The notes beneath the pieces are model-generated. The model was not told the DNA's origin. It was given only the letters and a program-made list of their open reading frames with translations, and did not search any database. Positions 28,718 to 38,190 of a DNA stretch of 64,000 bases are shown piece by piece. The stretch comes from Patescibacteria group bacterium (GTDB taxonomy: Bacteria > Patescibacteriota > Minisyncoccia > Phycocordibacterales > SIBU01), in contig JAZJZC010000004.1 of assembly GCA_040390045.1 (NCBI GenBank), positions 579 through 64,578 of the forward strand, read 5' to 3'. The position numbers were made by a program, and so were the translations under genes. Each line of letters opens with the position of its first letter. The first letter of the stretch is position 1.

Positions 28718-28773
28718 AAATAAAAAATAAAAACGCGCATATGGTGCGCGTTTTGGGCTTTTGAAAAAATCAA

Positions 28774-29313
28774 TTAATTGAAGAACGTGTGACTTACAGA
28801 AAGGAGGAGGATTAAAAGTGCATCCACACCTACCCCAGACAGAGCACCAAAGAAACAAGCCTCAAGGATATTCCACCAATCCCGTTCAATTTTCCACTCC
28901 ACTTCTCCGTTTCCGAGATATACAGATTCAAGGATACGGGGACGTATAAGATTGTCCGTAAGTCTCATACGGTAACTCTCGCCGGCTTCGTAGGCATGCA
29001 GAATAATTTTGCCGTGGATTGAGGCATGGCGGATATGTTTTTGCCCAATGCTGATGAGATGGAACTCGTTGACCAAAGCATCCTTGTAGGTCTCAGGCGG
29101 CATCTCCACGTGATATCCGTCTGCCGGCAAGCTCTTATCAAACTCGCGAGAATCTGTAAATATTTGGCAATGTGCAGGCAGCCAAAATTTTCCCCGAATA
29201 ATACCCTTGCCGCCGACGGTGAAGCTGTACCAACCTAGCCCACCCGAAAAGATTAAGGGGAGGGCAACAAATACCCAAAAGGCGATGAGCCAAGCTCTTT
29301 CTAATTTCTTCAT
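28774..29313 (-). CDS. hypothetical membrane protein
   Basis: 179 aa, TM helix at each end, AAGGA upstream. Confidence 0.65.
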   Translation of the reverse strand: MKKLERAWLIAFWVFVALPLIFSGGLGWYSFTVGGKGIIRGKFWLPAHCQIFTDSREFDKSLPADGYHVEMPPETYKDALVNEFHLISIGQKHIRHASIHGKIILHAYEAGESYRMRLTDNLIRPRILESVYLGNGEVEWKIERDWWNILEACFFGALSGVGVDALLILLLSVSHTFFN

Positions 29314-29460
29314 AACAGGTTCCTTTTTGAAACGATCAAGCGATTGATGCGGTGTGTATCTGTCGTAAAACTAGCACCATTGTCTATGCATGTAAACAGG
29401 GAAGGGACCTTCTTTGTTACAGCAATTTCCCTTTTTGAGAAGTTTTGCTATACTTTCGAA

Positions 29461-29748
29461 GTGACGCCAGAAGAAAAAAAGCTTTTAGAGCGGGTAGCTG
29501 TATTAAGCGAAGAGAATAACCAAATTCTCAGGGGAATTCGACGGAGTAATCGCTGGGGCACAGCGATTAAGATCTTTTACTGGGTAGTCATTTTGGCGAT
29601 ATCATTTGGAACATATATTTATATTCAACCGTACGTTCAAGGGGTATTTAATGCCTACAAAAACGTCAGCGGAAAGGTTGAAAAGGTTTCTACGGTTGGA
29701 GATCAGATTTCCTCTGTGGAGAATTTTTTCAAAAGTTTTTCTAACTAG
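29461..29748 (+). CDS. conserved hypothetical membrane protein
   Basis: GTG start; EENNQILRGIRR, one TM helix, YIQPY; TGCTATACT just upstream. Confidence 0.7.
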   Translation: MTPEEKKLLERVAVLSEENNQILRGIRRSNRWGTAIKIFYWVVILAISFGTYIYIQPYVQGVFNAYKNVSGKVEKVSTVGDQISSVENFFKSFSN

Positions 29749-29766
29749 TTTTAATTTTTTAGTGAT

Positions 29767-29839
29767 GCTTGGGTAGCTCAGTTGGTAGAGCATTCCCCTG
29801 AAGAGGGAAGGGTCACCAGTTCGAATCTGGTCCCAAGCA
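29767..29839 (+). tRNA. tRNA-Phe(GAA)
   Basis: Acceptor GCTTGGG/CCCAAGC, TTCCC-CTGAAGA-GGGAA, GTTCGAATC; no CCA. Confidence 0.95.
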
Positions 29840-30092
29840 CAAATGAGCGGAGCGAATTGGCTTGGGAAGCACGAGAATAATTTCTCGTGAGTCCAGATTC
29901 GAACGCCGGAACGATGCCGAGCCAGCAGGCGAGGCCGTGAGGCGGTGGCCAGAAAAATTTTTTTGGCGAAAAAAATTTATTCGCGGCCGAATCTGTTCCT
30001 ATTTTCTCACCAGAAGAAACTGGCGAGCTGGTGGGCAGACCGGGGTGAGTGACGACGAACCTTGAGTCGCGCCCGAATCTGTCCCGCCCAAG
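29840..30092 (+). repeat. tRNA trailer element with two tandem cores
   Basis: GCTTGGGA..CCAGATTCGAAC antisense copy, two cores each ending CGAATCTG, final CCCAAG. Confidence 0.85.
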
Positions 30093-30513
30093 TAGTATTT
30101 CCTTGATTGTTCAGCTACAATTCATCAAGACCCCAGTGTCTGGAAAGGAGGTGTTCTTACTCAGTTTTATATTATGATTAAATTAAATAAAGCGTAAAAA
30201 GCCCCGCGGGCGGTCGACATGGGTTAATTCCCAGAGTCTTCTTCGGGATTGCGTTCACGCCTTAAATGAATTAAGTAGATGTCATGCCTGTTGCTTACTG
30301 CTTTGGCTCTTTGGCGTTAGGAATATGCTGTTGTACCCTACCGAAGGATGCTATGCCACGCTACCTTTGAGGATTAACGCTCCTCGTAAAAAAGGCAAAC
30401 AATAGAGAAGGAAACTTCTGGGCTTTCGAGTCAGCCCCAGGTGAAGGGAGCATATCTGCATCCCAACTCGAATCGAAGGGACGGCAAGACAAGTCTTGCC
30501 GTCCCTATACATT

Positions 30514-31164
30514 TTAAAATAGTTTCGCCTGATCCGGTTTTCCGGATTTTTTAATAGCAGAGGAAGAAGTTTCATTTTTGGCGGCGGCCGTTCCGGCCGC
30601 CGCATCTATGCTCACCTCGTTTCCAAGCAGCGAAGGCAATTTCTTAAAATCAGCTTTCAAGTCGTCCATAACCCCTGCTGCTCGAAGCGCTGCCGCAGGA
30701 TGAAAAAGCGGATAAATTTTTTTATTTTCAACCTCAAATATTTTACCGTGATCTCGTGTGATTTTAGCCAACGGCAAAAAATAATTCATCGAAAATCGTC
30801 CGAGTGTGGCGATTACTTTCGGATTGATAATTTCGATTTGTTTGGCCAAAAACGGCTTGTACGCCTCGATTTCCTCGGGAAGCGGGTCACGATTTTCTGG
30901 AGGCCGCCTTTTCACAATATTGGTGATATAGACGTCGGATCGCTTCCACTTGATACTTCCCAACATGTCATCGAGAAGCTTGCCTGAGCGCCCCACAAAG
31001 GGCCTTTTAAGCTGGTCCTCAGTAAATCCCGGAGCTTCGCCGATAAACATTACCTGGCAATCAATGTTGCCTTCGCCAAATACCAGATTGGCAGTTTTTT
31101 TCAACAGCAAATCAGCAATGACTAATTCTTTTTCCAGCTCCTGCAGTCTCTGTTTTTTATCCAT
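30514..31164 (-). CDS. uracil-DNA glycosylase family 4
   Basis: FIGEAPG..ED..PFVGRSG, ITNIVKRRPPENRDP, FHPAAALR. Confidence 0.93.
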   Translation of the reverse strand: MDKKQRLQELEKELVIADLLLKKTANLVFGEGNIDCQVMFIGEAPGFTEDQLKRPFVGRSGKLLDDMLGSIKWKRSDVYITNIVKRRPPENRDPLPEEIEAYKPFLAKQIEIINPKVIATLGRFSMNYFLPLAKITRDHGKIFEVENKKIYPLFHPAAALRAAGVMDDLKADFKKLPSLLGNEVSIDAAAGTAAAKNETSSSAIKKSGKPDQAKLF

Positions 31165-31199
31165 AAAGCTTGAAGCTATCAGCTTACAGCTTTAAGCTT

Positions 31200-31673
31200 T
31201 TAATTAGATTTTACTTTGAGTTTAGTTTTTCGTCCCTTGTCGATTTTAGGCAATCGAATGAAAAGTAATCCATGTTTTTCGCTGGCCTCTGAAGTTTCTA
31301 CATCAATTTCCTGTGGCAAAAGAATGGTTCTCGAAAATGAACCCCAATAGAGCTCTTTGGTAAAATAATCATCTTCCTTGACTTCTCTCGACTCCTCACG
31401 CGTTCCCTTTATTGAAACCATGTCGCGGTTGATTGAAATATCGAGATCTTCCGGTTTTACGCCAGCCACCATAGCCTTGATAATAATATCGTCAGGTCCT
31501 TGATAGACGTCGACGGTCAGTTGTCCTTCTTCTTGCTCATCTTCAAGCCACATTTCTTTCTCAGGTTTTTTTATTTTTTGGTGGGTTGGGGTGATTTCGA
31601 CAGCTTCTTCCCGGTCATCCATGTGCATTGAACCCGTAAGTCTTTCAAAAAATGATTTTTTTTCTTTTGGCAT
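31200..31673 (-). CDS. Hsp20/alpha-crystallin family protein
   Basis: VDVYQ, AGVKPEDLDI, WGSFSRTILLP, GLL.IRLPK. Confidence 0.93.
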   Translation of the reverse strand: MPKEKKSFFERLTGSMHMDDREEAVEITPTHQKIKKPEKEMWLEDEQEEGQLTVDVYQGPDDIIIKAMVAGVKPEDLDISINRDMVSIKGTREESREVKEDDYFTKELYWGSFSRTILLPQEIDVETSEASEKHGLLFIRLPKIDKGRKTKLKVKSN

Positions 31674-31727
31674 AATAACAATAACGTGCGATTATTTGTA
31701 ACTTTTTTATTTTAAAATTTTGATCCG

Positions 31728-32420
31728 CTAGCGTTTCTTAATTTGTTTAACCTTCTCAAATCCCGCTATCAGGAAAAGTATGGCAACCCAAACCAATGCG
31801 AATATCGCGAAAATGCTGGTACCCTGACTTTTCATTATATAGAGATTGAAAGTGGTGTGCAATAGGACAGCAATTGCGAGTCCGGCGAAGAAGCAGAGTT
31901 GCTTGTTGAGAAGACTTTTTTTAAATGTTTCAGCAATAAAAAATCCTAATATTCCAGAAGCGAGGACGTGCAGTAGTGAGGCGCCGATGAATCGTAAATT
32001 TCCTGTGACGAAACTTGAGCCCATGCCTCCATCTGTGATTGCCGATATCAAAAATAAAGTATTTTCCATGGCGGCAAAACCAAGCGCGGCGGTGACCATA
32101 TATATGATGGCATCAACAGGTTCATCATATTCTTTTGTTTCCAAAGCAGAAAAGTAGGCGGCACCCCATTTAAAAGTTTCTTCAATCGTCGCCCATAAAA
32201 ATACCATCAAAAAAACCTGCGATGCAAAGTGGGATTCAATAATTTGCTCAAGTGGCAATACAAGTGGTACCGCAACCATTCCGGCAAGAAACGTGCCAAT
32301 AATCATACCTCTGGGCTCAGGGTGTGCTCTGTCTTCGTGAAGCCAAAACCACAGCCATAGTAATGCTGGGAGAAATCCTCCCGAAAGAGCGAAGAAGATT
32401 GTTTGTGGTGTAGGGATCAT
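31728..32420 (-). CDS. PrsW family intramembrane metalloprotease
   Basis: PEP, IEETFK, ALGFAAMEN, LLH, LLHTTFN. Confidence 0.92.
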   Translation of the reverse strand: MIPTPQTIFFALSGGFLPALLWLWFWLHEDRAHPEPRGMIIGTFLAGMVAVPLVLPLEQIIESHFASQVFLMVFLWATIEETFKWGAAYFSALETKEYDEPVDAIIYMVTAALGFAAMENTLFLISAITDGGMGSSFVTGNLRFIGASLLHVLASGILGFFIAETFKKSLLNKQLCFFAGLAIAVLLHTTFNLYIMKSQGTSIFAIFALVWVAILFLIAGFEKVKQIKKR

Positions 32421-32504
32421 GGTGAGAGAAGTAAATTAGATGGTGGTAGGTAGTATGGTAGAGAAAGCATATTTAAATTTTGTCTACCGACTAATTACTA
32501 CATA

Positions 32505-34673
32505 CTAGTTACTGTTTGTGGCTGGCCATTGCTCGACAATAAGCAGATTTTTCTTTCCGAGCGGCATATCCTTCCAAATTTCTTCAGTCACAAACGGCAT
32601 GAAGGGATGCAGTACGATCAAAGTTTTTTTGAGGGTGTGGAGCAGGAATTGTTGCCGAGACATTTTTTCTTCCGGAGAATCGTTCAGCAAAATTTCCTTA
32701 CTCTCCTCTATAATTTTATCAGCAAACTCGTGCCAAATATAGTGGTATAACTTTTCCACAGCCAAGTAGAAACGGAATTCATCCATGTCTTTGGTTATAT
32801 CCACGATCAATTCGTGGCGGATTTTTCTTAATTCTGCGTCTTTAGGTGAATATTTTTCAAAACTGGTCTCATAAGTAACTCCCTGGGTATTTTCCAATAT
32901 AAAACGAGCCATGTTCCAAATTTTATTGGAGAAATTTTTGTAGCCGCGAATTTTATCTTCAGAAAGCGAAAGGGAAGTCCCTGGGGTATTTCCGGCAACG
33001 AGACCGATGCGTAGCGCGTCAGTACCAAATTTTTCGATTAAGCCCAAGGGGTTGATAACATTTCCCTTGCTCTTGCTCATCTTCTGACCCTTAGCATCGT
33101 TGACCAGGCCGTGCAGATACACGGTGTGAAAGGGTAGCTCGTTCGCGAGATATAAACCAAAAATAACCATTCTTGGTATCCATTTAAAAATAAGATCGGA
33201 TCCGCTCTCCATAACATCTGTCGGATAAAACTTTTTAAAATCTTTACCATCAGGAAATCCAAGAGTAACGAGTGGCCACTGTCCTGAAGAAAACCAAGTA
33301 TCAAAAGTGTCAGTGTCCTCTCGCACAGAGCCGGCGCACTTTGTACATTTTTGTATCGAATTATCCAAATCAGCCATGCCGTGTCCACAGTTGGTACAAA
33401 TTTTGGCTGGGATTTTAATACCCCAAACAATTTGGCGGGAGATATTCCAGTCAATGGTGTTGTTCATCCAGTACAGGAAAATTTTTCGGTAATTGTCAGG
33501 GACAAAGGTAATTTTTTTCGCTTCAACTGCTTCGGCCGCTTTTTGTGCAAGCGGTTTCATTTTAACAAACCACTGAGGTGAAATCTGTGGCTCAATGGCT
33601 GTCTCACATTTGTAGCACACGGGCACATTGTGTACATAATTTTCATCTACCTTTACCAAAAGCCCCTTTGATTTTAACTTTTCAACAATTTTTGGACGAG
33701 CTTCGGCAATTTTCATTCCAGCAAATTCTCCCGCGATTGGCAAAAGTTTTCCACGCAAATCAATGACTTGTTCCTTCGGAAGATTATGTCGTTCAGCAAT
33801 TTCAAAGTCGATGGCGGTGTGCCATGGTGTGATAGTCATGACGCCAGAACCCATTTCCATGTCTATGGCTTTGTCTTTGATAACCGTAGCAGTAATTGGG
33901 CCGTTGATCCACTCAAGTTCAAAAGTTTGGCCATGCGAATACTTGGCATATCGCGCATCATCGGGATGCATCACAACATACTTATCTCCAAATTTTGTTT
34001 CGGGACGAGTGGTACCAATCACGAAAGGCCCGTATTGAAAATAATAAAATGGATCTTTTCGTTCTTTGTTTTCTGTCTCTACATCGGAGAGGGAAGTTGC
34101 ATGTTTGGAACACCAGTTTACGATTCGTTCTCCACGATAAATCAAACCATCGTCGTACATTTTCTTAAAAGTTTGGTGAACAGTTTTGATTACATCGGGA
34201 TCAAGGGTAAATTTTTCTCGTGACCAATCACACGATGCACCCATGCTTCGTATTTGTGATTTTATATTTTTTGAATTCTCGACGGTGAAAGCCAAGATTT
34301 CTTTGTACAACTCAGCCGGATCCATGCCGAAACGCGATCTGCCTTCTTTTTCAAGTTGTTTTTCATACACAACTTGTGTTTCAAAACCGGCATGATCAAG
34401 TCCGGGAAGCCAAAGCGCTTTGTACCCTGACATTCTTTTATATCGTGTCATAATGTCCTCGATGGTCATTACGAGAGCATGGCCGGCATGGAGGTTACCG
34501 TTGGCGTTGGCTGGCGGCATGATGATGGTAAAGCTTTTAGCTGAGAGCTTAGAGCTGTTAGCTTTTGGGAGATTGTCAGGATTAAAAAAACCACTATCCT
34601 CCCAGGTTTTATAGGTACGAGATTCCACTTCAAGTGGGTTGTAGGGTTTTAGGAATTTTTCGGGAATGGACAT
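32505..34673 (-). CDS. valS: valine--tRNA ligase (short form)
   Basis: PPANANGNLHAGH, DHAG, DWNISRQIVWG, DTWFSS, KMSKS. Confidence 0.95.
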   Translation of the reverse strand: MSIPEKFLKPYNPLEVESRTYKTWEDSGFFNPDNLPKANSSKLSAKSFTIIMPPANANGNLHAGHALVMTIEDIMTRYKRMSGYKALWLPGLDHAGFETQVVYEKQLEKEGRSRFGMDPAELYKEILAFTVENSKNIKSQIRSMGASCDWSREKFTLDPDVIKTVHQTFKKMYDDGLIYRGERIVNWCSKHATSLSDVETENKERKDPFYYFQYGPFVIGTTRPETKFGDKYVVMHPDDARYAKYSHGQTFELEWINGPITATVIKDKAIDMEMGSGVMTITPWHTAIDFEIAERHNLPKEQVIDLRGKLLPIAGEFAGMKIAEARPKIVEKLKSKGLLVKVDENYVHNVPVCYKCETAIEPQISPQWFVKMKPLAQKAAEAVEAKKITFVPDNYRKIFLYWMNNTIDWNISRQIVWGIKIPAKICTNCGHGMADLDNSIQKCTKCAGSVREDTDTFDTWFSSGQWPLVTLGFPDGKDFKKFYPTDVMESGSDLIFKWIPRMVIFGLYLANELPFHTVYLHGLVNDAKGQKMSKSKGNVINPLGLIEKFGTDALRIGLVAGNTPGTSLSLSEDKIRGYKNFSNKIWNMARFILENTQGVTYETSFEKYSPKDAELRKIRHELIVDITKDMDEFRFYLAVEKLYHYIWHEFADKIIEESKEILLNDSPEEKMSRQQFLLHTLKKTLIVLHPFMPFVTEEIWKDMPLGKKNLLIVEQWPATNSN

Positions 34674-34703
34674 GGGGAAATCATACCAAAAATGGAGTCG
34701 TTC

Positions 34704-34869
34704 GGGTAGTTCTCTTCACTAAAGCGCTCCGCACTCTCAAAAATCAAGAAAATTTCTTAACGGAAAATGAAAAACTCACCCCTCGAAGCTCTGGGTTCAA
34801 ACAATTTCATTTTCCTAAAATTTTCTGATTTTTTACGATTGCTACGCTAACTCGTTCAGAGAACCACCC
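34704..34869. repeat. long imperfect inverted repeat
   Basis: Nested arms GGGTAGTTCTCT/AGAGAACCACCC, AAAATCAAGAAAATTT/AAATTTTCTGATTTT, GGAAAATGAAA/TTTCATTTTCC. Confidence 0.7.
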
Positions 34870-34967
34870 TCACTAAAATATTCCGATAAGAATCGTCATA
34901 GAAAAAGAAGCTAAGCCTGACTTTTTTTGAGTGGCGACACGTCCGGTTATCCGCTATAATTATTCTC

Positions 34968-35501
34968 ATGAAGAGCTTCAGCCTCAAATTTTTGGACATT
35001 ATGATTGGTATTGTTTTGGGACTCGGCTTTCAATGGTGGCCGTCGCTTAAAGAGCCCTGGCAATTTTTGGCGTTTGTGTTCGTATATTTGGACGTCGTTG
35101 ATTACTGGATTGACTACGGCCCTTCGCTTAAAAAGTTTCCACCCAAACGAGAAATTGATGTCATGCTTGATGTTGCCATCATGTTTTCTTTGTTTTTGTA
35201 CATCTACGCAACCCAATTAACCCCGGTTCATTTTTTCGCGTCGTTCGTAGTGTTTCGAGTTCTCGATTTCTTCTGGCTTTTAAGTTCTAAGTATGAATAT
35301 CATCCTACAGGTACAGACAAATCATTTATTGATAGTTGGTTGACCTTCAACCTTGTGGAAAGTTTTGTGGCGGTAACTTTAATTGCACTTACAACTTTCA
35401 CCGAATTATCTTCTTTGGTTTTAATTTCCACTTTTATAGTTTTTCGAATTTTTATTCGAGTTATTGCGACATGGCGTTACAAAAAAGTTCATTTTACTTA
35501 A
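34968..35501 (+). CDS. hypothetical multi-pass membrane protein
   Basis: About 6 hydrophobic helices; TATAAT 7 nt before ATG. Confidence 0.75.
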   Translation: MKSFSLKFLDIMIGIVLGLGFQWWPSLKEPWQFLAFVFVYLDVVDYWIDYGPSLKKFPPKREIDVMLDVAIMFSLFLYIYATQLTPVHFFASFVVFRVLDFFWLLSSKYEYHPTGTDKSFIDSWLTFNLVESFVAVTLIALTTFTELSSLVLISTFIVFRIFIRVIATWRYKKVHFT

Positions 35502-36697
35502 ACTGTTGGCGTTGAAGGAAAGCTTAAATTTCCATTTGCCTTAATATCCAAAAGTCCTGTAGTTTCAGTGACCGACTTTGTTCGATTAAAATATCCCGCG
35601 ATAGCGATCATCAAAGCGTTGTCGGTTGAGTGAGAAATTTCGGGTAGGTGAAGCGTAACATTTTTTTCAATGGTTAATTTTTGAAAAGAGGAGCGGATAT
35701 TTTTGTTTGCCACAACGCCGCCGCCCAAAATCAAGGTTTCAATGCCATACAGATCGATAGCTTTTCTGACTTTTTCAATAACCACTTCTGTCGCCGCATC
35801 TTCAAATTCCCTGGCAATGGCCATTTTATTATCCTCAGAAAGTGGCTGAGGTAATTTTTGAGTTAAGTACAAAACAGCGGTTTTTAATCCCGAAAAGGAA
35901 AAATCTAGGTTGTCGCTTTTCAACATTGGTCTCGGAAGAGAGAAGCTGTCAGCTGTCAGCTGTTGGCTTCTAGCTTTTTCTGCCAAAGCGGAAATCTGTG
36001 GCCCGCCCGGATAGGGAAGTCCTAAAATTCGAGCCACTTTATCAAAGGCTTCACCGATAGCGTCGTCGCGTGTTCGGCCAACGATTTCGTAATTCAGCCA
36101 ATCCCTTACTAAAACTAATTCCGTGTGTCCTCCGCTTATAAGCAAGGCAAGCGCGGGCAAGCTTAAAGCTTTAAGCTGATAGCTGTTAGCTTGCACATCT
36201 TGATTTCTTTGCTGCAAAGAAATCAAGATGTGCCCCTCCATATGATTCGTGGCAACCACAGGAATATCCCACGCCACAGAAAGCGCTTTAGCAAAATTTA
36301 CTCCTACCCAAAGCGCTGGTTCAAGTCCCGGGCCGTACGTAACAGCAATCAAATCAATTGCTGGTTTTTTGGCTGTTGGAAGAAAATCTAAAAGTTGTTT
36401 TAATAATTCCGGTTCGCGATCTAAAACAGTTGCAAGTGAATCTAGTTTTGAGTTTGTTTCTCCTGAATCAGAAAAACCCGATTCTTCCAAAACTTTTTTT
36501 AGTAACGGAGTCAGGTTTTTTCCGTGCTCTCGTTTCGCAACCATCGGGAAAACACCACCATACTGAGTGTGGATGGCAATTTGTGACAGCACTGCATTAG
36601 CCAAAATTTTAATTTGGGTGCCTTGTTCATTTTCCGTAACATCAATAATGCTCAGTGCGGTTTCGTCACAGCTGGTTTCAATACCAAGGATAATCAT
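35498..36697 (-). CDS. tsaD: tRNA N6-adenosine threonylcarbamoyltransferase
   Basis: ILGIETSCDET, GPGL, NHMEGH, ISGGHT, DDAIGEAFDK, TDNALMIA. Confidence 0.97.
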   Translation of the reverse strand: MIILGIETSCDETALSIIDVTENEQGTQIKILANAVLSQIAIHTQYGGVFPMVAKREHGKNLTPLLKKVLEESGFSDSGETNSKLDSLATVLDREPELLKQLLDFLPTAKKPAIDLIAVTYGPGLEPALWVGVNFAKALSVAWDIPVVATNHMEGHILISLQQRNQDVQANSYQLKALSLPALALLISGGHTELVLVRDWLNYEIVGRTRDDAIGEAFDKVARILGLPYPGGPQISALAEKARSQQLTADSFSLPRPMLKSDNLDFSFSGLKTAVLYLTQKLPQPLSEDNKMAIAREFEDAATEVVIEKVRKAIDLYGIETLILGGGVVANKNIRSSFQKLTIEKNVTLHLPEISHSTDNALMIAIAGYFNRTKSVTETTGLLDIKANGNLSFPSTPTV

Positions 36698-36813
36698 AAA
36701 AATTTATTAGGCACGATAAACGTTATGCCAGCACTTCTCGCCCCGTACTGAGAAATTCTGATTTCTCTAGTACTAGGGTCGTCGCAAGAGGTTTCAATAC
36801 CTAAAATTATCAT
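36694..36813 (-). pseudogene. 39-aa uORF duplicating the tsaD N-terminus, interrupted by a palindrome
   Basis: MIILGIETSCDD-PSTREIRISQYGAR...; its TGA overlaps the tsaD ATG. Confidence 0.8.
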
Positions 36814-36833
36814 AGACCACACAATAGCAGTTT

Positions 36834-37538
36834 TTAGCTATTTTGAAAGTTTTTAAACAGCGGTCCGTACATATCATCTTTCGGTGGAATTTGTAGTTCT
36901 TTTGGATTAACTTTTTCGCAAAAATCAATTGATGCGCCTGTAATGACTGCAAGTGGTTGTTGCTCTGCGCCTTCACCCATCAAAAATACTGCCGCAGTAG
37001 CTAAACTGTCAGCCACGTTGGTTTGAGAAAAAATAAATTTTCGGCCGAAGATGTCTGACTTGCCTCGGTAGTCTTTAGTTCCGTGAAAACCTGCGTACCC
37101 GAGGGCAATTCCAACCACCCCCGCGCGCAAAGGCTGCGTATGACTATCGGTGATTAGAACACCAAGATTTTTGACTTTGTATTGTTTCCGTAATTTCAGA
37201 CGGAGCGCATCTGCAGACTTGAAACTATTTTTTGGTAGAAGAATAAGTTTGCCCCTTGCATTTGATTCATCAATTCCCGCGTTGGCCATGAGGATTCCAT
37301 CCTTGAGTGTCAGCCAAACATGTTTAGTTTTGACCGCAATGCTACTTTCAGAACGAATTAATTTTTCTTTCGCCGTTGAGTTTTTTAGCGTCGTCGTGCG
37401 ACGCTCAGCTAACGCCACAATTTTTGAAGTAACGACAATGACAGATTTTTCCGGAACATGTTTGATATTTTGAGTGACAAAGTTGAAGAGGTCATCACCC
37501 TCACTAAAAACTTTTGTTTTAATTGCTTTGACTATCAT
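36834..37538 (-). CDS. CofE-like (F420-0:gamma-glutamyl ligase family) protein
   Basis: VVTSKIVA, ANAGIDESN, ITDS..PLRAG, D.FGR, MGEGAEQQP. Confidence 0.9.
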   Translation of the reverse strand: MIVKAIKTKVFSEGDDLFNFVTQNIKHVPEKSVIVVTSKIVALAERRTTTLKNSTAKEKLIRSESSIAVKTKHVWLTLKDGILMANAGIDESNARGKLILLPKNSFKSADALRLKLRKQYKVKNLGVLITDSHTQPLRAGVVGIALGYAGFHGTKDYRGKSDIFGRKFIFSQTNVADSLATAAVFLMGEGAEQQPLAVITGASIDFCEKVNPKELQIPPKDDMYGPLFKNFQNS

Positions 37539-38190
37539 GTTTTTCTGCGTCGATTGTTTTTTCTTTCAGTAAACGAATTCCAATGTAGGAAAGTGGAGAA
37601 TACAAAGCTCCCATGGCAACTTTGTACAACCACCAGGAAAGAATGATGCTAATGAGTGTTTTGGTTGAATAGACTCCCGCGAAGGCGATGACCATGAAGA
37701 TAGCTGAGTCGAGCAGTTGTGACCAGAGATTTGAAAGAAACGAACGAAGCCAAAAAGATTTGACGCCAAACTTTTCTTGGAAGAAGAAAAATGACAAGAC
37801 GTCTTGATATTCAGCGATTAAGAATGCCACAAGTGACGCGATACTGATTCTCGCGGAAAGACCGAACATCAGGTTATAACCCTCTTTGGCCCACAAGCCC
37901 TCGCTTGACCAGGGCATGGCGAGAGAAATAAAAGAGTAGATAATAAATAGCGCAGTGCTCACAAATCCCGCGAGGACGAAAAATTTAGCGATTTTCTTTC
38001 CGTACACTTCACCAATGACGTCGGTCATCAGAAAGACAACAGGGAAGGAAAATACAGCTACCGATAAATGCGAACCAAAAAGAAATGGCATAATTTTGAG
38101 CCCCAAAGTATTGGCGGCGAAGAGGGAAGTAAGATAGATGGTGAGTGCGATTATTATTTTTTTGAATGATTGTTCGGTGAGTTGAAGCAT
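37519..38190 (-). CDS. yhhQ: queuosine precursor transporter (YhhQ/VUT family)
   Basis: FP..FL.TDVIGEVYG, RI..ASL.AF, WLRS..S..SQLLDS. Confidence 0.88.
   Translation of the reverse strand: MLQLTEQSFKKIIIALTIYLTSLFAANTLGLKIMPFLFGSHLSVAVFSFPVVFLMTDVIGEVYGKKIAKFFVLAGFVSTALFIIYSFISLAMPWSSEGLWAKEGYNLMFGLSARISIASLVAFLIAEYQDVLSFFFFQEKFGVKSFWLRSFLSNLWSQLLDSAIFMVIAFAGVYSTKTLISIILSWWLYKVAMGALYSPLSYIGIRLLKEKTIDAEKHDSQSN

Noticed and set aside
30200-30480. tmRNA
   Set aside because: No tRNA-Ala-like ends (GGGG..TCGA and TTCGA..CCACCA) and no tag ORF found on either strand.
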